Source: Bacteroidia bacterium (lineage in GTDB: Bacteria; Bacteroidota; Bacteroidia; Bacteroidales; VadinHA17). Taken from it: a stretch of 64,000 nucleotides of DNA. Under the pieces are notes generated by a model. That model did no database searches. It was not told the DNA's origin and saw only the letters and a program-made list of their open reading frames with translations. The stretch's first letter is position 1; each line of letters opens with the position of its first letter. The stretch lies in the NCBI GenBank assembly GCA_026391215.1, contig JAPLDX010000048.1, positions 1 to 64,000 of the forward strand, read 5' to 3'. A program made the translations under genes and the position numbers. Positions 45,501 to 53,144 of this stretch are shown here, one piece after another.

Positions 45501-48500
45501 GCCAAAATCTACCATAATAACGGTGACAATACTTTTTCAGAACAGACAGACATAAATCTAACTGGCATCTGCCGTGGTTCTGCAGCATGGGGTGATTACA
45601 ATAATGATGGCAGGCTTGACCTGTTAATGACTGGTGAAAAGCAAAATGGAGAAAGAGTAATAAAAATCTATCGTAATTACTCGGCGACAGTCAACATTAC
45701 ACCTGCATCACCGGCCGGATTATCGTTAACCAGCAACGAGACATCGATAATTCTCAGATGGAACAGGGTTGCAGGTGATGTCACTCCCCCAAAAGGAATG
45801 AGCTACAATGTCAGGATTGGTACTTCTTCCGGAGGATACAATGCAGTATCTCCAATGTCACTTTCATCAGGATCACACATGGTATCCAAAACAGGAAATG
45901 CCTGGTCCGATACTCTGTTCATTCTGAAGAATCCTAAAAAAGCAACCTATTATTGCAGTGTCCAAGCTATAGACAATGGATTACTCGCCGGCTCCTTTGG
46001 ATCAGAACAATCTATTGTCTTCTCTGCCTCTGTCCAGGCTTCAAAAATCATAGCTGACAGTATACAGGGTAAAAGCTTAAAGCTGCTGTGGGAACGCGGG
46101 AATGGATCTGCCTGTATCGTATTTGCTAAGAAAGGTTCGGACGGAACAGCGTTACCTGTAAACGGAACGTTGTATACAGCAGATCAGGCATATGGGAATG
46201 GTACGCAGATTGGCGCCAGCGGATGGTACTGTGTTTACAGCGGTACAGGGAATGGTGTAAAGATTAACAACCTAGAACCGGCTACTAGTTATATTTTCCA
46301 TGTAATAGAATTTGAAGCGGGTCCTGTTTATTATACCCAGACCGGGCAGGGCAATCCTTTTACATTGCAGACAAATATGTTCACTGAGATGACAGGTATA
46401 TCACTGCCGGGTATCGCTTCCGGGACTGCACTCTGGGGAGATTATGATAATGATAACGATCTTGATATCCTGCTGACCGGACTAATAATTAATAATGTAA
46501 GAATTTCAAAGATATACCGGAATGACGGAGGCAATAAATTCACTGAACAAACCAGTATAAGTTTTACCCCATTAAACGGAAGTTCCGCAGCATGGGGCGA
46601 TTATGATAACGATGGAGATCTTGACCTTTTATTGACAGGGTATAATGGTCTGTCACCTGTTTCAAAAATATATCGCAACAATGGTGATAATACATTTGCT
46701 GAGCAAAGCAGCATAAATCTGCCTGCAATCAGTGATGCGTCAGTATCCTGGGCAGATTATGACAATGACGGTCATCTCGATATCTTATTGTCAGGGAACA
46801 CTGGTGAGTCAGGGATAACTAAAGTATTCAGGAACTATGGCGACAACACTTTTATTGAACAGACTTCCATAGTACTTCAGGGATTGTCAAGGGGCTCTAC
46901 AGCATGGGGTGATTACGATAATGACGGAGATCCTGATATTTTACTGACCGGAGGGAACAGTTCAAGGATTTATTGTAATAATGGGAATAATACATTTACC
47001 GACCAGTCAACTATTTATCTGAGAGGACTCGACGGAGGCTCAGTTGCCTGGGGCGATTATGATAACGACGGTGATCTGGATATTTTGTACAGCAGCAACG
47101 GTGCTTCATTGGTTTACCGCAATAACGGAAACAACACCTTTGAGGAGCAAACCAGCATAATCCTGCAGGGAGTTCATGAGACATCTGCAGCCTGGGGTGA
47201 CTATGATAATGACGGATATACCGATATTTTACTGGCAGGTTATAATGACTCATGGATACCTGTCACCAGAGTGTACAAGAACAATGGCAACAACACTTTT
47301 ACTGCGCAGAATGGAATAATCCTGACAGGCGTCGGGGATCCCTCAGTAGCCTGGGGAGATTATGATAACGACGGGAAGCTCGATATTTTATTGACAGGGA
47401 ATACGAAATCAATACTCGTTTCAAAGGTTTACAGAAATGATTGTTTAATATCCAATACAGCTCCATCAGCTCCAGCTGGTTTGTCAGTTACCAGTAATGA
47501 AACATCGGTGATCCTTAAATGGAACAGAGTATCAGGCGATGCGACCTCCTCCAGGGGAATGAGCTATAATGTTCGTATCGGTACCTCCCCGGGAGGAAGC
47601 GATGTGGTTTCACCTATGTCGCTGACATCAGGATTAAGGCTTTTACCGGCTCTGGGTAATGCCCAGTCCGATACAGCTTTTTTCCTGAAGTATCCTAAGA
47701 AGATCACTTATTACTGCAGTGTCCAGGCAATTGATAATGGATTTTCTTCCGGGCCGTTTGCTTCCGAACAATCCATCACATATACGTATTCATTACAGGC
47801 TTCACAGGTAATAGCAAGTAATATCCGGGGATCAACATTGAACCTGAACTGGAACAGAGGTAATGGATCAGCCTGTCTGGTATTTGCTAAAAAATCAGAA
47901 GTTGGTTCGGCATCTCCCGTTGACAATACAACATATATTGCCAGTCAGCAATTTGGAGCTGGTTCACAGATTGGCACAACAGGCTGGTACTGTATTTACA
48001 ATGGAACCGGCAACAAAGTGACTGTCACAGGACTGGAAGCATTGACGAAATATACATTCCATGTGGCGGAATACGACGCAGGTCCGAAATATGATACCAG
48101 GTCAGCTCAATTCAACCCGGCAGTTGCAGAAACCGGACTATTTGATGAGCAGACAGGAATAACAATACCGGCGCTTTCGCAAAGCAGTACAGCCTGGGGT
48201 GATTATGACAACGATGGTGATTTTGACCTTTTGCTTACAGGTCTTTCATCTTCAGGGAATTTGTCTAAAATATTCCGTAACGAGGGGAGTAATGTATTTG
48301 CCGAACAGACCTCAATAACTCTTATGGGTGTTTCCGGAGGTTCCTCCGCATGGGGCGATTATGATAATGACGGAGATATTGATATTCTGCTTACAGGCAG
48401 CGGATATTCAAAAATTTACAGGAATAACGGAAACAATTCTTTCTCGGAACAGACCGGTATTAATTTACTTAAGGTACAAAAAAGCTGCGCGGCCTGGGGA

Positions 48501-51500
48501 GATTATAACAATGATGGTTTCCCGGATATCCTGTTGACAGGCAATAGTTCAACAGGTAATATATCGAAAGTTTACCGCAATAATGGTGATAATACATTTA
48601 CCGATCAGACAGGCATTGTTCTGCAGGGAGTTTCTGAAGGTTCCTCTGCATGGGGCGATTATGATAATGACGGCGACCTGGATATTTTACTGACCGGAAC
48701 AACTAACGGATCAGTTTCAGGAGCAGCTTCAGAAATCTACAGGAACAATGGTGATAACACATTTACTGAACAATCCGGCATAACCCTCCTGGGAGTTTAT
48801 CAGAGTGCTGCAGAATGGAACGATTATGATAGTGACGGCGATCTTGATATAATGATAACCGGGTCCTCTTCAATAGGATATATTTCCAGGATTTACCGCA
48901 ATAATGGTGACTATACTTTTACCCTGCAGACGACTCTTTCCTTTCCCGGAATAATATCCGGGACCATAACATGGGGAGATTTTACAAATGACGGAAATCC
49001 GGATATCATACTCACAGGGACAATCAATGGTTCTGCCTCCGGAGCTGTATCAAGGTTCTACAGGAATAACGGTGACAATACCTTCAATGAGATGCCCGGA
49101 ATCGTCCTCTCTGGAGTTTATCTGAGCTCAGCTGAGGCAGGCGATTACGATATGGACGGGAATCCGGACCTCCTTCTTACAGGCTCCGGTATTGACGGTA
49201 ATCCTATAGTAAAATTATATCGTAACCTTATTTCAATACCAAACAATGAACCGGCTGCACCAACAGGTCTGACAACCACAAGCAGCGAAGCATCAATTTT
49301 ATTCCGGTGGAAAAGGGTTTCCGGAGATGCAACACCTTCCATGGGTATTGGTTACAATATCAGGATCGGTACTTCTCCCGGCGGAAGTGATGTGGTATCC
49401 CCGATGTCTCTCTCATCAGGATCACGCCTTGTACCTGATTATGGCAATTCCCGTTCCGATTCTGTTTTTGTTCTGAAGTCACCAAAGAAGATAACCTATT
49501 ACTGGAGTGTTCAGGCTGTTGATAACGGATTCAATCCCGGACCATTTTCTGCCGAACAATCTGTAACGTATACAATATCCGTACAGGCTTCCAGGGTAAT
49601 TGCAGCTTCTGTTGAGGGAACAAACATTGATCTTGAGTGGACCAGGGGAAACGGCTCTGCATGTGTAGTCTTTGCGAAGAAAACAAACAGTGGTTCAGCA
49701 TTGCCTGTTGACGGAGATACGTATAGTGCTGATGCAAATTTCGGTGCAGGAACCGAGATCGGTACTACCGGATGGTATTGTGTTTATTATGGAACTGATA
49801 ATTTTGTCAATGTAAGAAACCTTGAATCACTTACATATTATACATTCCATGTAATAGAATTTGATCCGGGACCGGTATATGATACCAGGACAGGCCTGGA
49901 AAATCCATTAATAACTAAAACCGGATTATTCGATGAACAAACAGGAATAGCCATTCAGGGAATAACACAGGGATCAGTTTCCTGGGGTGATTATGACAGC
50001 GATGAAAACCCGGATATTCTTATTACAGGAAGCGGGTATTCAAGGATTTATCACAACAACAGTGACAATACCTTCGCCCAGGCAGTAACAATGACAGGTG
50101 TCTTCTACAGCTCCGCTGCCTGGAGCGATTATGACAATGATGGTGATATTGATATCCTGGTTACAGGAAGTGCATCCTCAAAAATTTACCGCAATGACGG
50201 TGGGAATACTCTTACCGAACAGACAGCAATAATTCTTGCCGGAGTTTCATATGGTTCTTCAGCCTGGGGCGATTATGACAATGATGGCGATCCTGATATA
50301 TTACTGACAGGCCGGCTGAGCTCAGGAGAAGGAGTCACGAAGATTTACCTTAATAATGGCAATGACACTTTCAGCGAACAAACACGAATCAGCCTGCCAA
50401 ATGTATACTACAGTTCTGTTGCCTGGGGCGATTATGATAATGACGGGTTTTTAGACATTCTTCTTTCAGGTACTTCAAATGGACTGCCGTCGGGAGCATT
50501 ATCAAAAGTTTACAGGAACAATGGCGATAACAGTTTTACCGTGCAATCAGAAATAATCCTCCAGGGAGTATATCAGGGCTCAGCAGCCTGGATCGATTAT
50601 GATTCTGACGGCGATCTTGATATTTTACTCTCAGGAAGCACTGGCATCTCGGCCTCATCAGCTGTTTCGAAAATTTACCGAAATAATGGTGAGAACAGTT
50701 TCACAGAGCAAACCGCAATAAGCCTCCATGGAGTCTATCAAAGTTCTGCAGCATGGGGCGATCTTGATAACAATGGATATCCGGATATTCTGCTGACAGG
50801 CCGGTCAGCCAGCGGTGAATACAGGGCTGATGCATACCTTAATGATGGTGAAAATAACTTTACGGAACAGGAGAGTATTAGACTGACAGGAGTAATTTAC
50901 AGTTCAGCAGAATTGTGTGATTATAACAAAGACGGTAAGCTCGATTTGTTACTGTCCGGACAGTCAGGCAACGGTGCCATTTCAAAAATTTATCGAAACA
51001 CTTCAACCGGTTCTAACAGCGCGCCTGCCACACCGATCGGCTTAACAGCCACAGAAACAGAAACATCACTGATACTTAAATGGAACAGGGTTACGGGTGA
51101 TGCTACACCGGCCGGCAGCATTATCTACAATGTACGTGTTGGTACTTCACCGGGAATCGGTGATATTGTATCTTCCATGTCAACGGCTTCAGGATCATCA
51201 CTGATCCCTGATATAGGGAATGCCAGATCAGATACCCTTTATATCCTCAGATATCCTCAGAAAACAACTTATTACTGGAGTGTTCAGTCTGTCGACAACG
51301 GATTTATGACCAGCCCGTTTGCAGCAGAACAAACTTTCGTCTTTACCAGTTCTGTTCAGGCATCTCTTGTTTATGCTGATAACATCCAGGGATCAAGCGT
51401 AAGCCTGACCTGGCGAAGAGGTAACGGAACAGCTTGTATGGTATTTGCAAAAGAGGGTGGAACAGGAATCGCTGAACCTGCAGACGGTACTGATTATACT

Positions 51501-53144
51501 GCCGGCCAGGTATACGGCTCCGGTACACAAATTGGCACAAGCGGATGGTACTGTGTCTATAAAGGTACAGGAAACAATACGGTGATTACCGGACTGACCC
51601 CGATGCAAACATATTCTTTCCAGGTAACTGAATATGAAGCTGGTCCTGCTTATTATACTCAAAGCGGCCAAGGCAACCCTGTTGCAGTACGCACAGGATT
51701 ATTCGCTGAACAGACAGGAATAACTCTGCCCGGTGTAACAAACAGTTCATCAGCCTGGGGTGATTATGATAACGATGGCGATCTTGATATTGTTATTACC
51801 GGAAACACAAGCTCCGGACGTATTTCGAAGATATTCCGGAATAATGGCAATAATAGTTTTACAGAAAATACAGGGGTGAGCCTTCCGGGAATAGGTTATG
51901 GTTCTGTTGCCTGGGGAGACTATGATAATGATGGAGACATTGATCTTTTACTTACAGGTACCTCCAATGGTTCTCCATCAGGAGCCTTATCCGGAATATT
52001 CAGGAATAACGGCAACAGTACATTTACCGAACAATCTGCAATTGCTTTGCCTGGAGCTTATTACAGCTCTGCTGCCTGGGGCGATTATGATAATGATGGC
52101 TGGCTTGATATCTTAATAACAGGAACAAACAATGGCTTATCATCAGGTGCATTTTCAAAGATCTTCCGCAATAACGGGGACAACACTTTCACAGAACAAA
52201 CAGGCATTGACCTGCAGGGAGTCTGTTTCAGCTCAGTTGTCTGGGGTGATTATGATAATGATAATGACCTTGATATTCTGATGGCCGGCAGCCTGCTTTC
52301 AAAGATTTACCGTAATAACGGGAATAACTCCTTTACCGAACAAACGGGCATAACTCTTCCGGGAATCAATAACGGATCAGTCGCCTGGGGTGATTATGAC
52401 AATGACGGTGATCTTGATATCCTGATAACAGGATCTTCCTCATCAGGGTATAATTCAAAGATATTCCGCAATAACGGAGATAATACTTTTACGGCTCAGA
52501 ATATCATCAGCATAACCGGGATCTCCTATGGTTCAGGGAACTGGGGTGATTATGACAATGATGGGCTTCTCGATATTCTGATAACCGGGCGGGCTGGAAA
52601 TACTTCATCAGAGATAATCACTGAATTCTATCATAATAATGGCAACAATTCCTTTACAGAGCAGACCAATCTAAGCCTGGAAGGCGTTTATAACAGCTCA
52701 GTTGCCTGGGGAGACTATAATAATGACGGGAAGCTAGATATACTGCTTACAGGACAGAACTCGAGTTATGTTCCGGTGTCCCGGATTTACAGGAATCTTT
52801 CAGCAGAACCAAATACTCCTCCGGGAGTACCGACCGGATTGTCGTCTGCTGTAAGTGATACATCAATAATTCTGTCATGGACGAAGGCAAATGATGATAA
52901 CACTCCGGCCGCCGGGATCAGCTACAATATCCGCATTGGCTCTTCATCAGGGGCAAATGATATAGTGCCGTCAATGTCGCTGAATAATGGAACGAAATTA
53001 TTCCCGGGCATCGGGAATGCACAGTCAGGGACATCCTTCCTTCTTAATTATCCTAAGAAAGCAACTTATTACTGGAGCGTTCAGGCTGTTGATCATGGAT
53101 TTGCTTCCGGAGCTTTTTCAGAAGAAAAAACATTTGTCTTTTAA
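30585..53144 (+). CDS. Giant surface protein, N-terminal part (13 seven-bladed Ca-binding propellers with FN3-like linkers); ends at a premature in-frame TAA
   Basis: ATG 30585 begins signal peptide MNKNFLIKPALILLCIIINIDLFP-Q; ~580-600-aa module repeated; no CTD before the stop. Confidence 0.9.
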   Translation: MNKNFLIKPALILLCIIINIDLFPQTFVDTGITLTGVQRSSSSWCDYDRDGDMDILITGDNISKIYRNDGSNTFNEQTGIVLEGIWQGSVSWGDYDNNGYPDILMTGYSSSGTISKVYRNNGDNTFTEQTTIVLKGVGDSSTEWGDYDNDGDQDILLTGNGYSRIYSNNGDNTFTWQTSISLQGISESSVAWGDYDRDGDLDILLTGGDISKIYRNNGNNTFSEQTSISLIGISCSSVDWGDYDNDGYLDILLTGNDNSGTPLSKIYRNNGDNSFSEQTDIGLTGVNYGSAVWGDYNNDGYTDILLTGSNYGGPVSKVYKNNGNNTFTEQTDIILTAVYNSRVAWGDYNNDGKLDILLTGDTGSVTVSKIYQNAIATANTAPAAPAGLSATSDETSVTLQWSSVTGDATPAGGMSYNVRVGTSPGGNDVVSPMSLTAGSHLLPVNGNDGSNTSYVLKNPPKATLYWSVQAIDNGFLGGAFADEQSLTYSVSLQASHVFTDSIKTSSVILNWTRGNGSACVVFGKKGNSGSAAPEDGTTYTPDPAFGTGSQIGSTGWFCVYSGNGSSVNVVDLEPATYYVFQVIEFQAGPAYYFTTGQANPITFRTTTFVELTGVTLESVTNCSSAWCDYDRDGDLDILLTGNGISKIYRNDGSNTFNEQTGIVLEGVSNSSVAWGDFNNDGYPDILLTGDGPGYPVSKVYRNNGNNTFSEQTSIVLIGVSNSSVAWSDYDNDGDQDILLTGNGNSRIYSNNGDNTFTYQAGIILRNVNRAAVDWADYDRDGDLDILLIGWGWTNIYRNNGNNTFTDQTSISIQGVNDATAAWGDYDNDGYPDIVLAGWDNSQCISKIYHNNGGNSFTELTGTALTPVCNGSVDWGDFDNDGYLDILLAGWGPAGPVSIIYSNNGNSTFSEQTDINLKGVGSSSVSWGDYNNDGKLDILLTGDTGSGYASKIYQNATGTANIAPAAPPGLSATGVPTSVAFQWSGVTEDATPAGGMSYNLRIGTSPGGSDVISPMSLVAGSHLLPNYGNVGSSVYYTLKNPPKATLYWSVQAVDNGLMAGAFAAEQSIAFSISLQASRVFADSIMPSSLRLNWTRGNGSGRVVFAKKGNSGTATPENGMTYTANTSFGSGSQIGTSGWYCVYNGTGSGVEITGLEPLTNYIFQVIEYDAGNIYFTETGQSNPVVIQTNAFIEQTDILLQGISHSYLAWGDYDRDGDLDIVLTGDGMSKIYRNEGSNTFTEQAGIIPETISNSTVAWGDYDNDGYPDILLTGDGPSGPVSKVYHNNENNTFTVQTSIILQGISNGAAEWGDYDNDGDQDILLVGNGHTRIYSNNGDNTFTWQAGITIQGASESSAAWGDCDNDGDLDVLLTGWNSARIFRNNGDNTFIEITGLPLHGVSWGSASWGDYDNDGWLDILLAGNGSSKVYRNNHNNTFSEQTGITMVGTWNSSAAWGDFDNDGYADILLTGWGPDKQISKVYRNNGNNTFSEQTGITLTGINNGSASWGDYNNDGKLDILLSGDIQNGGVTKIYQNNYITSNAAPAAPAGLSTTSNETSVTLQWNKVIGDATPADGMSYNVRIGTTPGGSDVVSPLSLTSGSRLLPKQGNAQSNTFYILKNPPKTTFYWSIQAIDNGLMSGPFAAEQSFTYSVSLQASNVFADSIRLSSVQLKWTRGNGSACAVFAKKANTGTAVPVNSTVYTANTVFGSGQQIATSGWYCVYNGTGSGVKVTGLEILTDYIFLVIEYDAGPVYYAETGNSNPAVVQTNAFEEQTGIVLQNMGNTAGAWADYDKDGDPDILLTGDGMSRLYLNNGDNTFTEQAGIIPDNFSSSTVAWGDFNNDGYPDILITGDCQSGQVSRVYRNNGDNTFTWQTSIVLPGINNGSTEWGDYDSDGDQDILLAGNGFSRIYSNNGDNTFTWQSGISLPGISNGAATWGDYDNDSDPDVLLSGWGFSKIFRNNGDRTFTEQTGISLQATNDGASAAWGDYDNDGYLDILLTGLNNSSGQISKVYHNNGDNTFTEQTGIILTGINNGSSAWGDFDNDGFADILLSGYTATRQISKIYRNNGDGTFSEQTGIVLAGAGNCIAAWGDYNNDGKLDILLSGDSGYGGISKIYKNSYITSNTAPGTPSGLSETTGEASITLQWGDVTGDATTAEGMSYNVRIGNTPGGSEVVSPMSLASGSHLIPRRGNVWSGTSFILKNPAKTTFYWSVQAVDNGLLAGAFAGEQSFNYSVSLQASNVFADSIKPYSVRLNWTRGNGSACVVLAKKGNSGTATPENGIIYTANPVFGNGSQIGTSGWYCIYNGTGSSVKVTGLEALTDYVFQVIEYDAGPSYFTETGQANPAVVQSNAFEEQTGITLQGVNNSSSAWADYDRDGDLDILLTGDDVSKIYRNNGNNTFTEQTGIILQGVNNSSVAWGDYDNDGYPDILLSGCSPSGVISRVYRNNGNNTFTEQTSIALQGVCNGSVSWADYDNDGDPDILLSGSGITRIYSNNGDNTFTWQTGIVLQNTDGSSAAWSDYDRDGDPDLLLTGWNNSRIYRNNGNNFFTDQTGISLETISQGSVAWGDYDNDGNPDILLTGYTNSWVPISKIYHNNGNNSFSELAGTSLTGVGNGSVAWGDFDNDGYPDILLTGYDPAGKQISKVYHNNGNSTFSEQPGIVLKGVGHGSAAWGDYTNDGKLDFMLTGYSGYGGISGIYQNFITTSNSAPAAPTGLSATGTEAAVTFQWSGVSGDATPTAGMSYNVRIGTTPGGSEIVSPMSLTSGSRLLPDQGNAWYNTQFILKKPEMATLYWSVQAIDKGLLSGPFSAEQTFTYSFPLQASNVFADSINPSFLKLNWTRGNGSGCLVFVKKGDSGSAIPVNSTVYLANTVFGSGTQIGSTGWYCVYNGTGASVRIMGLEPLTNYVYHVIEFDTGPSYFTQTGQANPVIIQSNAFAEQTDIILQGVNNNSIAWCDYDRDGDLDIILTGDGMTKIYRNEGVNTFIEQTTIALQGVSSGSVAWGDYDNDGYPDILLTGDSPSGPVSRVYRNNGNNTFTDQASIVLIGVSNSSVAWGDYNNDGNPDILLSGHDKDNNGISRIYRNNGDNTFTWQEGISLYGVSESSVAWGDYDNDGDLDILLTGWSSSRIYCNNGDNTFTELSGITLYGVSWGSTAWGDYDNDGYLDILMTGNGISKVYRNSRNNTFSEQTGIILPAIWQGNAVWGDYDNDGYADILLTGYASAGHVSKVYRNNGNNTFTEQTGIVLKNIGNGNAVWGDYNNDGKLDILLSGDTGNGTVTKIYQNSLISSNAAPAAPGGLSATSNETSIIFKWNRVTGDATPAKGMSYNVRIGTTPGGSDMVAPMSLASGKRLVPEMGNVQSDTLFILKNPKKGTYYGSVQAIDNGFYPGAFAVEQSITYSYSVQASYIHADSIKALDMIIRWNRGNGSGCVVFAKKGDSGSAVPANGTTYTADPVFGNGSQIGATGWYCIYNGTGINVKVSGLEPLASYIFHVIEFETGLSYYTQTGQFNPAVLKTNLFAELTRTILPGIGGHCSSAWGDYDRDGDLDILLTGYGISKIYRNDGSNTFNEQTGIILEGVSASSASWGDYDNDGYLDILLTGWSNNGYSMSKIYRNNGDNTFTWQSSISLTGVVNGAVAWGDYDNDGDLDVLLTGSRYSKIYRNNGDNTFTEQTAISLTGVDSGTASWGDYDNDGDLDILMTGQAVASPVAKIFRNNGDNTFSEQTGINLEGINEGSAKWGDYDNDSYLDFFVAGQGRAKLFHNNGNNTFTEQTGISIPGINQSSATWGDYDNDGFIDILLSGNENTGLTVSKIFRNNGNKTFSEQTDIILPGVSRGSVDWGDYDNDGKLDILLTGDSRNGSISKIYKNYITKSNAAPAAPSGLSATTNETSVILRWNRVTGDETPAKGMSYNVRIGTSPGGSDVVSTMSLTSGSHLLSGMGNAQCDTMFILKYPDKVTYYWSVQAIDNGLKPGPFATEQTIIYSVRLQASQIIASDVQASQLSLTWRRGNGSSCMVFAKKGDTGSPLPSDGITYTSDPVFGNGSQIGTSGWYCVYNGTSTNVSITGLEPLTNYIFQVIEYETGPSYYTQSGQANPIVVMTNVFAEQTSIILPGVSNSTVAWGDYDNDGDLDILLTGVKINNERISKIHRNDGSNTFAEQTGIILQGVMNGSGDWGDYDNDGDLDILLTGEGISKIYRNNGNNTFSEQTGINLQGVSESSVAWADYDNDGYLDILLSGNNTSGIAVTKIYRNNGNNSFTEQTGITLPAIGYSALAWGDYDNDGYKDILLGNSKIYRNNGNNTFTEQTNINLYGVGEPSVAWGDYDNDGYLDILLSGTSNPESVSKIYRNNGNNTFSEQTGINLKGINQGSGCWGDFDNDGNLDILLTGGGFTKIYHNEGDNTFTEYPDLGQSGLQNSSAAWGDYNKDGKLDILLSGQSANGYITKIYRNLSGTSNIAPEAPAELSSTINETSVILKWNRVTGDATPSKGMSYNVRVGTSPGGSNVVSPMSLASGSRLLQSLGNTHADSLFILKNPKKTTYYWSVQAIDNGFLPGLFAAEQSLTYSLSVQASNVFADSIKPSSLRLNWTRGNGSGCVVFAKNDNSGMAEPVNGTAYSANPVFGNGTQIGTSGWYCVYSGTGISVNVTGITTTDNYIFHVIEFESGPSYYTQTGQANPFILLPSILAEQTGINLPAIGNRSSASWGDYDRDGDLDILLAGDGISKIYQNDGNNVFSEQTGITLPGIWQGSAAWGDYDNDGDLDILLTGYHSSVRISKVYRNNGNSSFTEQTGIILTGVGNSAVAWADFNSDGLLDISLTGDCPYGSVTQIYRNNGNNSFTEQPGLNILGVNNGSIEWGDYDHDGDPDILLTGNSTEGTISRIYSNNGDNTFTYQSGINLTGVGEGTAKWGDYDNDSNLDIILSGNGITKIYRNNGNSTFSEQTGISLQAVHQTSIAWGDYDNDGFPDIFLTGNNNSWISVAKIYHNNGDNTFSEQTDINLTGICRGSAAWGDYNNDGRLDLLMTGEKQNGERVIKIYRNYSATVNITPASPAGLSLTSNETSIILRWNRVAGDVTPPKGMSYNVRIGTSSGGYNAVSPMSLSSGSHMVSKTGNAWSDTLFILKNPKKATYYCSVQAIDNGLLAGSFGSEQSIVFSASVQASKIIADSIQGKSLKLLWERGNGSACIVFAKKGSDGTALPVNGTLYTADQAYGNGTQIGASGWYCVYSGTGNGVKINNLEPATSYIFHVIEFEAGPVYYTQTGQGNPFTLQTNMFTEMTGISLPGIASGTALWGDYDNDNDLDILLTGLIINNVRISKIYRNDGGNKFTEQTSISFTPLNGSSAAWGDYDNDGDLDLLLTGYNGLSPVSKIYRNNGDNTFAEQSSINLPAISDASVSWADYDNDGHLDILLSGNTGESGITKVFRNYGDNTFIEQTSIVLQGLSRGSTAWGDYDNDGDPDILLTGGNSSRIYCNNGNNTFTDQSTIYLRGLDGGSVAWGDYDNDGDLDILYSSNGASLVYRNNGNNTFEEQTSIILQGVHETSAAWGDYDNDGYTDILLAGYNDSWIPVTRVYKNNGNNTFTAQNGIILTGVGDPSVAWGDYDNDGKLDILLTGNTKSILVSKVYRNDCLISNTAPSAPAGLSVTSNETSVILKWNRVSGDATSSRGMSYNVRIGTSPGGSDVVSPMSLTSGLRLLPALGNAQSDTAFFLKYPKKITYYCSVQAIDNGFSSGPFASEQSITYTYSLQASQVIASNIRGSTLNLNWNRGNGSACLVFAKKSEVGSASPVDNTTYIASQQFGAGSQIGTTGWYCIYNGTGNKVTVTGLEALTKYTFHVAEYDAGPKYDTRSAQFNPAVAETGLFDEQTGITIPALSQSSTAWGDYDNDGDFDLLLTGLSSSGNLSKIFRNEGSNVFAEQTSITLMGVSGGSSAWGDYDNDGDIDILLTGSGYSKIYRNNGNNSFSEQTGINLLKVQKSCAAWGDYNNDGFPDILLTGNSSTGNISKVYRNNGDNTFTDQTGIVLQGVSEGSSAWGDYDNDGDLDILLTGTTNGSVSGAASEIYRNNGDNTFTEQSGITLLGVYQSAAEWNDYDSDGDLDIMITGSSSIGYISRIYRNNGDYTFTLQTTLSFPGIISGTITWGDFTNDGNPDIILTGTINGSASGAVSRFYRNNGDNTFNEMPGIVLSGVYLSSAEAGDYDMDGNPDLLLTGSGIDGNPIVKLYRNLISIPNNEPAAPTGLTTTSSEASILFRWKRVSGDATPSMGIGYNIRIGTSPGGSDVVSPMSLSSGSRLVPDYGNSRSDSVFVLKSPKKITYYWSVQAVDNGFNPGPFSAEQSVTYTISVQASRVIAASVEGTNIDLEWTRGNGSACVVFAKKTNSGSALPVDGDTYSADANFGAGTEIGTTGWYCVYYGTDNFVNVRNLESLTYYTFHVIEFDPGPVYDTRTGLENPLITKTGLFDEQTGIAIQGITQGSVSWGDYDSDENPDILITGSGYSRIYHNNSDNTFAQAVTMTGVFYSSAAWSDYDNDGDIDILVTGSASSKIYRNDGGNTLTEQTAIILAGVSYGSSAWGDYDNDGDPDILLTGRLSSGEGVTKIYLNNGNDTFSEQTRISLPNVYYSSVAWGDYDNDGFLDILLSGTSNGLPSGALSKVYRNNGDNSFTVQSEIILQGVYQGSAAWIDYDSDGDLDILLSGSTGISASSAVSKIYRNNGENSFTEQTAISLHGVYQSSAAWGDLDNNGYPDILLTGRSASGEYRADAYLNDGENNFTEQESIRLTGVIYSSAELCDYNKDGKLDLLLSGQSGNGAISKIYRNTSTGSNSAPATPIGLTATETETSLILKWNRVTGDATPAGSIIYNVRVGTSPGIGDIVSSMSTASGSSLIPDIGNARSDTLYILRYPQKTTYYWSVQSVDNGFMTSPFAAEQTFVFTSSVQASLVYADNIQGSSVSLTWRRGNGTACMVFAKEGGTGIAEPADGTDYTAGQVYGSGTQIGTSGWYCVYKGTGNNTVITGLTPMQTYSFQVTEYEAGPAYYTQSGQGNPVAVRTGLFAEQTGITLPGVTNSSSAWGDYDNDGDLDIVITGNTSSGRISKIFRNNGNNSFTENTGVSLPGIGYGSVAWGDYDNDGDIDLLLTGTSNGSPSGALSGIFRNNGNSTFTEQSAIALPGAYYSSAAWGDYDNDGWLDILITGTNNGLSSGAFSKIFRNNGDNTFTEQTGIDLQGVCFSSVVWGDYDNDNDLDILMAGSLLSKIYRNNGNNSFTEQTGITLPGINNGSVAWGDYDNDGDLDILITGSSSSGYNSKIFRNNGDNTFTAQNIISITGISYGSGNWGDYDNDGLLDILITGRAGNTSSEIITEFYHNNGNNSFTEQTNLSLEGVYNSSVAWGDYNNDGKLDILLTGQNSSYVPVSRIYRNLSAEPNTPPGVPTGLSSAVSDTSIILSWTKANDDNTPAAGISYNIRIGSSSGANDIVPSMSLNNGTKLFPGIGNAQSGTSFLLNYPKKATYYWSVQAVDHGFASGAFSEEKTFVF

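Noticed and set aside
53142-53144. Selenocysteine, pyrrolysine or alternative genetic code
   Set aside because: The codon is TAA, not TGA or TAG, and TAA terminates many ordinary genes in this window.
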